Shown: in pieces, positions 23,957 to 31,167 of the stretch | Layout: every line of letters begins with the position of its first letter | How positions within the stretch are numbered: position 1 is the stretch's first letter | NCBI RefSeq assembly: GCF_000007985.2 | Contig: NC_002939.5 | Coordinates: 300,001-332,000, forward strand | Reading direction: 5' to 3' | Source of the DNA: Geobacter sulfurreducens PCA | GTDB taxonomy: Bacteria; Desulfobacterota; Desulfuromonadia; Geobacterales; Geobacteraceae | DNA: 32,000 nucleotides | The notes under the pieces: model-generated | Told to the model about the DNA's origin: nothing | The model's database searches: none | Seen by the model: only the letters and a program-made list of their open reading frames with translations | Position numbers and translations under genes: made by a program

Positions 23957-24786
23957 TTTTTGTAGGCAAATCCCCCGGGGAAATGAACCGTCTTGAACTT
24001 ATCGTTCACGCCATGCAGGGATTCTGACTGCCCGACAAAGAAATAGCCATAGGGCTGGAGGTTGTTGTAGAAGTGTTGAACCACCTTTGTCTTGGATGCC
24101 AGGTCGAAATAGATCAGTACATTCGCGCAGAAAATGAAGTCAAAGCTCTTCATGAAGACCATTTTCGAGTCTTCGTAAAGATTCAGGTGAGAGAAAGAGA
24201 CGAGCTTCTTCACATCGGGCGACAGGAGAAATCTTCCGCCCGTTTCTTCCCGGAAATATTTCTTGAGGTAAAAATCGGGGGTGTTGCGAACCGAGTAGGA
24301 ATTATATATCCCTTCTCGAGCCTGAGCCAGGACCGATTCGCTGATGTCCGTACCGACGATTTCGATGATCCAATCCTTGAGGATCGTCGAGCGCTTTTCC
24401 AGCAGCATCATGGCCATGGTGTAGGCCTCTTCGCCCGATGATGAGCCTGCGCTCCAGATGCGGATTTTACGGAAGCCGATTTTCCCCTTGGTGGCGACGA
24501 TCTCGGGGAGGAATACGTTTTCCAGGGCCTTGAGCTGGGGAGGGTTGCGGAAGAAGCAGGTCTCGTTGGTGGTGATCTCGTTGAGCAGCTTGGTCAGTTC
24601 TTCGGCCTTGCCTACCCCCCCCTTGAGGTGCCCCAGGTATCCGTGGATATCCGAGCATTTCGTCGCCTCGAGACGCCGGGCAATGCGGCTTTCCAGAAAG
24701 TACTTCTTGCTGGCGTGAAAATACATGCCGCAGTGGTTGTATATGAAATCTCTTAGTATTTCGAAATCCTTGTCCGAGAGTTTCAC
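23953..24786 (-). CDS. cheR: Chemotaxis protein methyltransferase
   Basis: CheR N-terminal helical region (FEILRDFIYNHCGMYF) and SAM-binding region (RIWSAGSSSGEEAYTMAMML, FDFIFCANVLIYFD). GTG start at 24786 with AAGGGA upstream. Confidence 0.9.
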   Translation of the reverse strand: MKLSDKDFEILRDFIYNHCGMYFHASKKYFLESRIARRLEATKCSDIHGYLGHLKGGVGKAEELTKLLNEITTNETCFFRNPPQLKALENVFLPEIVATKGKIGFRKIRIWSAGSSSGEEAYTMAMMLLEKRSTILKDWIIEIVGTDISESVLAQAREGIYNSYSVRNTPDFYLKKYFREETGGRFLLSPDVKKLVSFSHLNLYEDSKMVFMKSFDFIFCANVLIYFDLASKTKVVQHFYNNLQPYGYFFVGQSESLHGVNDKFKTVHFPGGFAYKK

Positions 24787-24836
24787 GGTGGTCCCTTCGT
24801 GCGTTCGGTTAGTTTGGAGTCCGGCTCGTTGTCCGC

Positions 24837-26669
24837 TCAGGCTGCGACACGTCCGCCGCCGCTCCCGTCACTGTTCTCGATAAGTCCGGCCGGGTCAATG
24901 ATGAGAGTCACCCGCCCATCACCCAGGATGGTGGAGCCGGCGATGCCCGGCAGGTTCGCCAGATACTTGCCCAGGGACTTGATGGCCACTTCCTGCTGGC
25001 CGAGAAGCCGCGACACGACGAGTCCCACCCGCTTCTCGGCAACTCCAACGACAACCACGTAGCATGAGGACCGATTCCGTTCGCCGGGGGCGATGTTGAA
25101 TATCCGCTGCAGCCGCATGAGAGGGAGAACCGAATCGCGCAGCTTGAGAACTTCCTGGCCGCCGATGGTGTGGAATTCCTTTTCGTCAACCCTGAGGGTT
25201 TCGAGGACCGCGGCCAGGGGGAGCGAATAGGTCTCATCCTCGACCTCAACCAGGAGCGATTGGATGATGGCCAGGGTCAGGGGGAGCTTGAGGATGAACT
25301 CCGAGCCCCGCCCGAGTTCGCTTCTGATGTCGATGATGCCGTTGAGCTTCTTGATGTTGGTACGGACCACGTCCATACCGACGCCGCGCCCCGACAGGTC
25401 GGTTGCTTTTTCCTTGGTGGAGAAGCCCGGCAGGAAGATCAGGTCCAGCAGTTCGCGCTGCCCCATGGCAGCCAGTTGCTCGTCGGTGACGAGCCCCTTC
25501 TCTTTGGCCTTGCGGGCCACCTTGTCGGTGTCGACTCCCCGTCCGTCGTCCTTGATGCTGATAACGATCTGGTTCCCCTCGTGGGCCGCGGAGAGGATGA
25601 GCGTCCCCTTGCGGGGCTTGCCGGCGGCAACCCGTTCGTCGGGAGTCTCCAGGCCGTGGTCCATGGCGTTGCGGATCAGGTGGATGAGCGGATCGCCGAT
25701 TTCGTCGACGACCGAGCGGTCAAGTTCCGTTTCCTCGCCCAGCACCGTCAGGTCCACTTCCTTGCCCAGATCACGGGCAAGGTTGCGGACGATGCGGGGA
25801 AACTTCTTGAAGACCTTTTCCACCGGGATCATCCGCATCTTGAGAACCTGCATCTGCAGTTCCGACGTGACAAAACTGATCCGCTTGGAAAGCTTGGCGA
25901 ATTCCTCGCCGAAACTGGAGTCGCCGGAGTCGCCCTGGAAGTCGGTGTTGAGCTGCATCATCCTGTTGCGTTCCAGGACCAGCTCACCTACCTGGTTCAT
26001 GAGGTCGTCGAGCCGTTTGACGTCGACCCGGACCGTCGAGTTATCCGCGAGATCATCGGCCTTCTTGTCGTCCTTTGCCGGCGCGGGTGCGTTCTGGGGA
26101 CGCACGGCCGGCGCAGAGGCGGCTTTCTCCGGTGGCGGGGGAGGTGCCGTTTCCGTGGGAGCTGACGCATCCGCCGACTGTTCGCTGGCCGAGGCGGTTT
26201 CCTCAGCCGACTGTTCCGCGGGAGCTGAGGTCTCGGGCTGTGCTGCCGGGGCCTTCAGCACGGTCGCTTCCTTGGCGTTTTCCGACAGCAGCGGAATCAG
26301 CTTGCTGATGGTGCCGTCGATCTCCCGGTCCACGATGTCGCCGCCCTTGATGTCGGCCACCAGGACCTTCACCAGGTCGACCGCCTCAAGGATGACATCC
26401 ATGATCTCCGGGGTGACGATCAGCTCGCCGCGGCGCAGACGGTTGAGTACATCCTCCGTCTTGTGGGTTACTTTGACCAGCAGCTCGAACCCCAAGAAGC
26501 TCGACGCTCCCTTGACCGTATGGATGGAGCGGAAGATGCCGTTGAGCAGGTCCGCGTCCGACGGCGCCTTTTCCAGCGCAACCAGGTCGTCGTCAAGCTT
26601 TTCCAGAAGCTCGGTGGTTTCGGTCAGGAACCCTTCAAGCAGTTCCTGGTCTTCGCATTCAATCGCCAT
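24837..26669 (-). CDS. cheA: Chemotaxis histidine kinase CheA (Hpt, Ala/Pro/Glu-rich linker, dimerisation, HATPase, CheW-like domains; no receiver domain)
   Basis: Hpt motif SIHTVKGASSFLGF, HLIRNAMDHG, DDGRGVD, GFSTKEKATDLSGRGVGMDVV and a C-terminal CheW-like domain. ATG 26669 is preceded by GAGGAG. Confidence 0.92.
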   Translation of the reverse strand: MAIECEDQELLEGFLTETTELLEKLDDDLVALEKAPSDADLLNGIFRSIHTVKGASSFLGFELLVKVTHKTEDVLNRLRRGELIVTPEIMDVILEAVDLVKVLVADIKGGDIVDREIDGTISKLIPLLSENAKEATVLKAPAAQPETSAPAEQSAEETASASEQSADASAPTETAPPPPPEKAASAPAVRPQNAPAPAKDDKKADDLADNSTVRVDVKRLDDLMNQVGELVLERNRMMQLNTDFQGDSGDSSFGEEFAKLSKRISFVTSELQMQVLKMRMIPVEKVFKKFPRIVRNLARDLGKEVDLTVLGEETELDRSVVDEIGDPLIHLIRNAMDHGLETPDERVAAGKPRKGTLILSAAHEGNQIVISIKDDGRGVDTDKVARKAKEKGLVTDEQLAAMGQRELLDLIFLPGFSTKEKATDLSGRGVGMDVVRTNIKKLNGIIDIRSELGRGSEFILKLPLTLAIIQSLLVEVEDETYSLPLAAVLETLRVDEKEFHTIGGQEVLKLRDSVLPLMRLQRIFNIAPGERNRSSCYVVVVGVAEKRVGLVVSRLLGQQEVAIKSLGKYLANLPGIAGSTILGDGRVTLIIDPAGLIENSDGSGGGRVAA

Positions 26670-26717
26670 GTGCTGCTCCTCGCGAAAAGAAGTTGCCAGG
26701 TAATACGCTTAGTGCTG

Positions 26718-27218
26718 TCAAATCATCCCGGAAAAGAGCCGGCGCTCGTCCTGGGTGATGAGTTTTTCCAGATCAAGGAAGAAGAGGAGTCGTTCGGTCT
26801 GGTTGATGACGCCGGACAGACATTCCTGCTCCACGGCGCTGTTGACCACGGCCGGCGGCGGCTGGATCTCGCTCTCGGAGATACGGATGACCTCGGAAAC
26901 GGCATCGACGACGAACCCCATCAGTTCACCCTCCATGTCCATAACCATGATCCGGGTCTGGCTGCTGTTCTCCCCTTCGGGCAGTCCGAAGCGCTTGCGC
27001 ATGGAAATGATCGGGATCACCTTGCCCCGCAGGTTGATGACTCCCTCCACATAGTGAGGGGTGTTGGGGACGCGGGTAATGCTCGGCATCCGGATGATTT
27101 CTCTCACCTTAAGGACATTTACCCCGTACTCCTCTTCCTCTAGCTTGAAACTCACCAGCTGGATCAATTCGTTCCTGGTCTCATCGACCCTGGTCTGCAG
27201 TGCATTCTGCATCGTCAT
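26718..27218 (-). CDS. cheW: Chemotaxis coupling protein CheW
   Basis: QLVSFKLEEEEYGVNVLKVREI ... VINLRGKVIPI ... is typical of CheW. The start is either ATG 27218 or ATG 27212, and AAGGAGG lies immediately upstream. The track start 27278 adds 20 unsupported residues. Confidence 0.88.
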   Translation of the reverse strand: MTMQNALQTRVDETRNELIQLVSFKLEEEEYGVNVLKVREIIRMPSITRVPNTPHYVEGVINLRGKVIPIISMRKRFGLPEGENSSQTRIMVMDMEGELMGFVVDAVSEVIRISESEIQPPPAVVNSAVEQECLSGVINQTERLLFFLDLEKLITQDERRLFSGMI

Positions 27219-27347
27219 CCTCCTTGGCTCGTCCGCGGCAACGGTTGCGTTTCCTTGAGGGCACCGTTCGGCGTTCATGCAAATTGCGTTCTCTTGGCCC
27301 GCCGGCCGGAGAAGGGGAGGTGATCCCGTCCGGCGGGTGCAGTATTC

Positions 27348-27374
27348 TCATCGGCGCAAGAGTCCATAATTTTA
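27348..27374 (-). promoter_or_regulatory. Sigma28 (FliA)-type promoter for the cheW-cheA-cheR-HDOD-cheB operon
   Basis: The minus strand reads TAAA-ATTATGGACTCTTGC-GCCGATGA. TAAA is at 27374-27371, the spacer is 15 nt and GCCGATGA is at 27355-27348. The enterobacterial consensus is TAAA-N15-GCCGATAA. The promoter sits about 130 nt upstream of the cheW start. Confidence 0.55.
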
Positions 27375-27514
27375 GTATTTTTTTTGTACCCCTCCAAGGG
27401 GGGTGGATTTTTACGTGCTCAGCGCATTCGGCCCCTGAATGCGGGGGCGTATTTCGGGAGCAAAAGCCCCGTGAGCGGCGGTGGAAAAAAGTTTTTGGCA
27501 TGGTCGTCATTTTG

Positions 27515-27543
27515 TTGACCTTTGTCATAAATATGACTAATAT
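27515..27543 (+). promoter_or_regulatory. Sigma70-type promoter for the sigma54-dependent regulator gene (TTGACC-N17-TAATAT)
   Basis: TTGACC is at 27515-27520 and TAATAT at 27538-27543, with a 17-nt spacer. It is followed by AAGGGGAG and ATG 27606. Confidence 0.5.
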
Positions 27544-27605
27544 GGGGTCCAGTCGACCGCGTAAGGGTTCGGGCCAAGCTCACGTCATGCCGTCAAGGGG
27601 AGAAC

Positions 27606-28604
27606 ATGGAGACACCGAGGCTGCTCATTGCCGATGATGACAAGAAAACTCGAGATTTTGTCACGGCGTTTCTGAAGTACAAGGGGTACGATGTCGTCCA
27701 GGCCTTTGACGGTCAGGATGCCTTGGAAAAGCTCGAAGTCGAGGATGTCCACCTGGTTATTACCGACCTGATGATGCCACGGGTCAACGGCCTCGAATTC
27801 GTCAAGAAATTGAAGGCCATGCGTCCCGGCACGGTGGTCATCGCCTACAGCGCCTTCGGCAACTACGAAATGACCTCAAACCTGCTCAAGGCGGGGGTCT
27901 TTTTCTATCTCGAAAAACCGTTCAACCTCGACGAGCTTGAAACCCACGTGAAGCGGGGCCTCGAGCACCAGTCGCTCCAGAGCCAGACCTACCGGAGCAA
28001 ACCGGCCCTCAAGAGCCGCTCCCTCATCCCCAACATCATCGGTGAAAGCCCCCGGATGCTCTCCCTTTTCGAGCTGATCGAGAAGGTCGCCGAGTCCGAC
28101 TCCACCGTGCTCATCCAGGGAGAATCGGGGACCGGCAAGGAGTTGGTCGCGCGGGCGGTCCATGACCTGAGCAACCGGAAAAACCGTAACTTCGTGCCGG
28201 TCAACTGTGCCGCCATTCCGGACGAGCTGCTGGAAAGCGAACTCTTCGGCCATGTGAAGGGTTCGTTCACCGGAGCCATCGCCACCCGCATCGGCCGGTT
28301 CGAGATGGCTGACAAAGGGACCCTGTTCCTCGACGAAATCGGCGATATGAAGCCCAACCTGCAAGTAAAGCTCCTGCGGGTGCTGCAGAACAGAGAACTG
28401 GAGCCGGTGGGGGCAACCCGTTCCAAGAAGGTGGATGTGCGCATTATCGCCGCCACCAACCAGAACCTGGAAAAGCTCGTGGCGTCCAAGCAGTTCCGGG
28501 AAGACCTCTTCTACCGGATCTCGGTCATCCCCATCTTCATCCCGCCCCTGAGGGATCGCAGGGAGGACATCCCCCTTCTGGTCAACACCACTGCTGTCCC
28601 ATAG
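27606..28604 (+). pseudogene. N-terminal fragment (REC plus most of the AAA+ domain) of a sigma54-dependent Fis-family response regulator, truncated by an IS insertion
   Basis: REC (LLIADDD, VITDLMMPRVNG), Walker A GESGTGKE, GSFTGA loop (ELFGHVKGSFTGA), Walker B TLFLDEIGDM and FREDLFYRI are all present. The reading frame leaves the gene at 28588/28589 and stops 4 codons into the IS left IR (TAVP*). Confidence 0.9.
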
Positions 28605-29828
28605 TTTCTAAAGCAGCACCAGTTGTGGCGAAGCCTCTACTTTCGGTGGTTTGAATAGGCTTTCAAGGTCTCGCCGCTCGAACAAATTCAGCTGTAATAA
28701 CCGTAATATCTGCTGCATCGACGATCCGATCTTTGACAGAAACGTCAAGTATGCCAGTACCAGATACACGCACAGGGCAATCCAGATCTGTGTGAGTACG
28801 GCATTCTCCGAGGTGCCGAGGAAGGTCTTGATCTTCAGGTTCTGTTTGATCCACTTGAAGAACAGTTCGATCTTCCAGCGCTCTTTGTAGAGATCCGCCA
28901 CGATTGCTGCTTTCAGGTGATGCGCATTGGTCACGAAGCGGTAATCGTTGCCGTCATCGGCGATGAACTGGACAAGCCGCAGTTTGTCCTTCATCCCTTT
29001 GAGCCGAATCTCCTGGTCAAGAATGACGCCCGTTGCTTTCCTGCCGGGACGCTTCTTGAAGTATTCCACCAAGGCGTTCTCTTTCAGCCGGGTTACGAAG
29101 AAGATGCCGTTGGTCGTTAGTTGCTGCCACCAGTCGTAATCGGTGAAGCCCCGGTCAAAGACGGCCAGTGAACCGGCAGGCAGTTGTAGCATCCTGGCCC
29201 AGGACATCTCGTGCTTCTTGCCTTCGGTCACATCGATGAACTCAGGCAGATAGCCGTCAGCATCAAGACCGACATGCATCTTTATGGCACCCTTCTTCTG
29301 CCGGTAGGTGGCCCAAGGGAACGCCTCCAGACAGAGATTGATGGTGGTGGCATCCAGCAGATAGACTTTTTCATCGATCTTGAAGCGATGACTGGGTGCA
29401 ACTGCCTTGCATCGATGCAGCATTTTGTAAAAGAGCTCTTTGTACAACTCATGCGGCTGTTCATCGTTCACTCTGGCCAAGGTGGTACGGGAAACCGTCT
29501 TCATGCCCAGATGATAGAGCTTGTGGCCTTGGGCCTTGAGGTTTTCCACGATATCCCGCAGACTTTTTCTGCCGGAAAGTTGACAAACCATCATCGCCAT
29601 GAACTGCGACCAACGGTTAAAAGAACGAAACTTCTGCCCGATGTGATGCTTGCGGGCAAGGGATTCAAATTCATGTCTCTTGAAAAAACCGACAACTTGG
29701 TTAAGGACTGTGTTACAATGTGCCACGGCTCTGATCTCCTTGTTAATATTGGTGTTTTGGCGAACTCAATATATCACAAGTAGCTCTCAGGGCCTCTCTT
29801 TATTCAGTTAAACTATGGGACAGCAGTG
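28589..29828 (-). mobile_element. IS4-family insertion sequence, 1240 bp, with 19-bp perfect terminal inverted repeats and a 9-bp target-site duplication
   Basis: IR-L 28589-28607 (CACTGCTGTCCCATAGTTT) equals the reverse complement of IR-R 29810-29828. The direct repeat GGTCAACAC is at 28580-28588 and 29829-29837; the IR/TSD boundary is ambiguous by 1-2 nt. Two hand-counted 60-nt samples gave 40% and 55% GC, against about 55-63% in flanking genes. Confidence 0.9.
28608..29726 (-). CDS. IS4-family DDE transposase
   Basis: 372 aa. Candidate catalytic residues lie in YLLDATT, AVFDRGF and the Y-2-R-3-E-6-K signature YKERWKIELFFKWIK that is characteristic of IS4-family transposases. Confidence 0.9.
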   Translation of the reverse strand: MAHCNTVLNQVVGFFKRHEFESLARKHHIGQKFRSFNRWSQFMAMMVCQLSGRKSLRDIVENLKAQGHKLYHLGMKTVSRTTLARVNDEQPHELYKELFYKMLHRCKAVAPSHRFKIDEKVYLLDATTINLCLEAFPWATYRQKKGAIKMHVGLDADGYLPEFIDVTEGKKHEMSWARMLQLPAGSLAVFDRGFTDYDWWQQLTTNGIFFVTRLKENALVEYFKKRPGRKATGVILDQEIRLKGMKDKLRLVQFIADDGNDYRFVTNAHHLKAAIVADLYKERWKIELFFKWIKQNLKIKTFLGTSENAVLTQIWIALCVYLVLAYLTFLSKIGSSMQQILRLLQLNLFERRDLESLFKPPKVEASPQLVLL

Positions 29829-30249
29829 GGTCAACACCTTCCTCGACCGCTTCAACCGCAACAAGAAGAGCAAGGTAAAGGGCATCGACGCCGACGCCAT
29901 GGAGATACTCTGCGGCTACGACTGGCCCGGCAACGTGCGCGAGCTGGAAAACCTGGTGGAACGGCTCGTCATCCTCAAGGGGTTCGGCACTCTCGGGGTC
30001 AAGGATCTGCCGGAAAAGTACACCGGTGTTTCGCTGTCCGCACCGTCCGAAACCCTGGCGCTTCCCGATGCGGGTATCTGTCTCAATACCGTTGTTGAAG
30101 AGTTTGAGAACAATCTGATTCTGCAGGCTCTCAAGAAGACCGGCGGCAACAAGAAAGAGGCGGCACTGCTGCTCAATCTGAAACGGACTACCCTGATCGA
30201 AAAATTAAAAAAGAGAAAGCTCGATGTAATTTCCACGTCTCTTGCATAG
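29815..30249 (+). pseudogene. C-terminal fragment (end of the AAA+ domain plus Fis-type HTH) of the IS-split sigma54-dependent regulator
   Basis: From 29838 the frame reads (T)FLDRFNRNKK ... YDWPGNVRELENLVERLVIL ... GGNKKEAALLLNLKRTTLIEKLKK. The apparent ATG at 29815 and the first 7-8 codons are supplied by the IS right IR and the TSD. Joining 28588 to 29838 restores a 464-codon ORF (...DIPLLVNTFLDRF...). Confidence 0.9.
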
Positions 30250-30257
30250 ACGCGGGT

Positions 30258-31025
30258 ATGTTCATCGACCCGACACAACGCCCCAACCTTCAAACCGACA
30301 CTGCAGCCGGGGAGCGCCCCTCCGTCACCGGCGTGGCGGATACCTCGCGCTTTGAGGCCCTTCTTGCCGGGCGAGCCGCGTCACCGGGACGGAAAACCGA
30401 CATTAGGGAGACCGCTGCCGCGGCGGCCGAGCTCATGCGCCTCGATATGATGCGAAGCGCCTTCTCCCTGGGAGATACCGCCGGCGAGACGCCCCGGCCC
30501 GTCGGGGCCCAGGCCATGGAGTTCATCCTCAAGAGCTTCGCCCAGAACCGTGGCGAAGTGACCGGTGCTGATGCCGCGCAGGCAGAGGTCGGGGCGCCGG
30601 CCGATGTGTCCGCCGCCGAGGTCTCGTCGACCGGCCCGCGCGATGCCGGCTGGCTCGAAGATGTCATCCAGCGGGCCTCCCGCCGCTACGGGGTCGAGGT
30701 GGGGCTCATCAAGGCGGTCATCAAGGCCGAGAGCAACTTCAACCCCAACGCAGTGTCCCATGCCGGAGCCCAGGGGCTCATGCAGCTCATGCCCGCCACC
30801 GCACGGGGCCTCGGGGTTACCGATTCGTTCGATCCAGAACAGAACGTCATGGCCGGCACGCGTTTCCTCAAGGATCTGCTGAAGCGGTACGGAGGCGATA
30901 TCGACAAGACCCTGGCCGCATACAATTGGGGCCCCGGCAACGTCGACCGCAAGCCCCATCTGCTCCCTCGTGAGACACGCGACTACCTCGTCAAGGTGAA
31001 GGAATACTACAGCCAGTTCGCCTGA
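30258..31025 (+). CDS. Lytic transglycosylase (SLT/GH23 domain) with a long low-complexity N-terminal region and no obvious Sec signal
   Basis: The catalytic region is LIKAVIKAESNFNPNAVSHAGAQGLMQLMPATA ... AAYNWGPGNV. The N-terminal ~140 aa are Ala/Gly/Pro/Thr-rich with no hydrophobic leader. Confidence 0.85.
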   Translation: MFIDPTQRPNLQTDTAAGERPSVTGVADTSRFEALLAGRAASPGRKTDIRETAAAAAELMRLDMMRSAFSLGDTAGETPRPVGAQAMEFILKSFAQNRGEVTGADAAQAEVGAPADVSAAEVSSTGPRDAGWLEDVIQRASRRYGVEVGLIKAVIKAESNFNPNAVSHAGAQGLMQLMPATARGLGVTDSFDPEQNVMAGTRFLKDLLKRYGGDIDKTLAAYNWGPGNVDRKPHLLPRETRDYLVKVKEYYSQFA

Positions 31026-31167
31026 GCGTAGCGCTTCCACGCCGTAGCAACAGACCAGCGCTTTCCGGCTGATCCTCTTCTCCTGTTCGGCCCGTCGACA
31101 CTGCAGCGACCCGGCACCCGTGCGTTTCTCTCTGGGGAGGGGCTGTGAGCGCAAGGACGAATACCCC

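Noticed and set aside
22100-26703. Long plus-strand ORFs antisense to cheB and cheA (22100..22777, 25170..26165, 25264..26703) and to the HDOD gene (23303..23845).
   Set aside because: The minus-strand genes carry unambiguous CheB, HDOD and CheA motifs. The plus-strand translations are Gly/Asp/Val/Arg-rich or Ser/Arg-rich artefacts.
29211-29783. A 190-aa plus-strand ORF inside the IS element, considered as a second IS gene.
   Set aside because: It lies antisense to the transposase, which alone carries the DDE / Y-2-R-3-E-6-K signature. IS4-family elements encode a single transposase.
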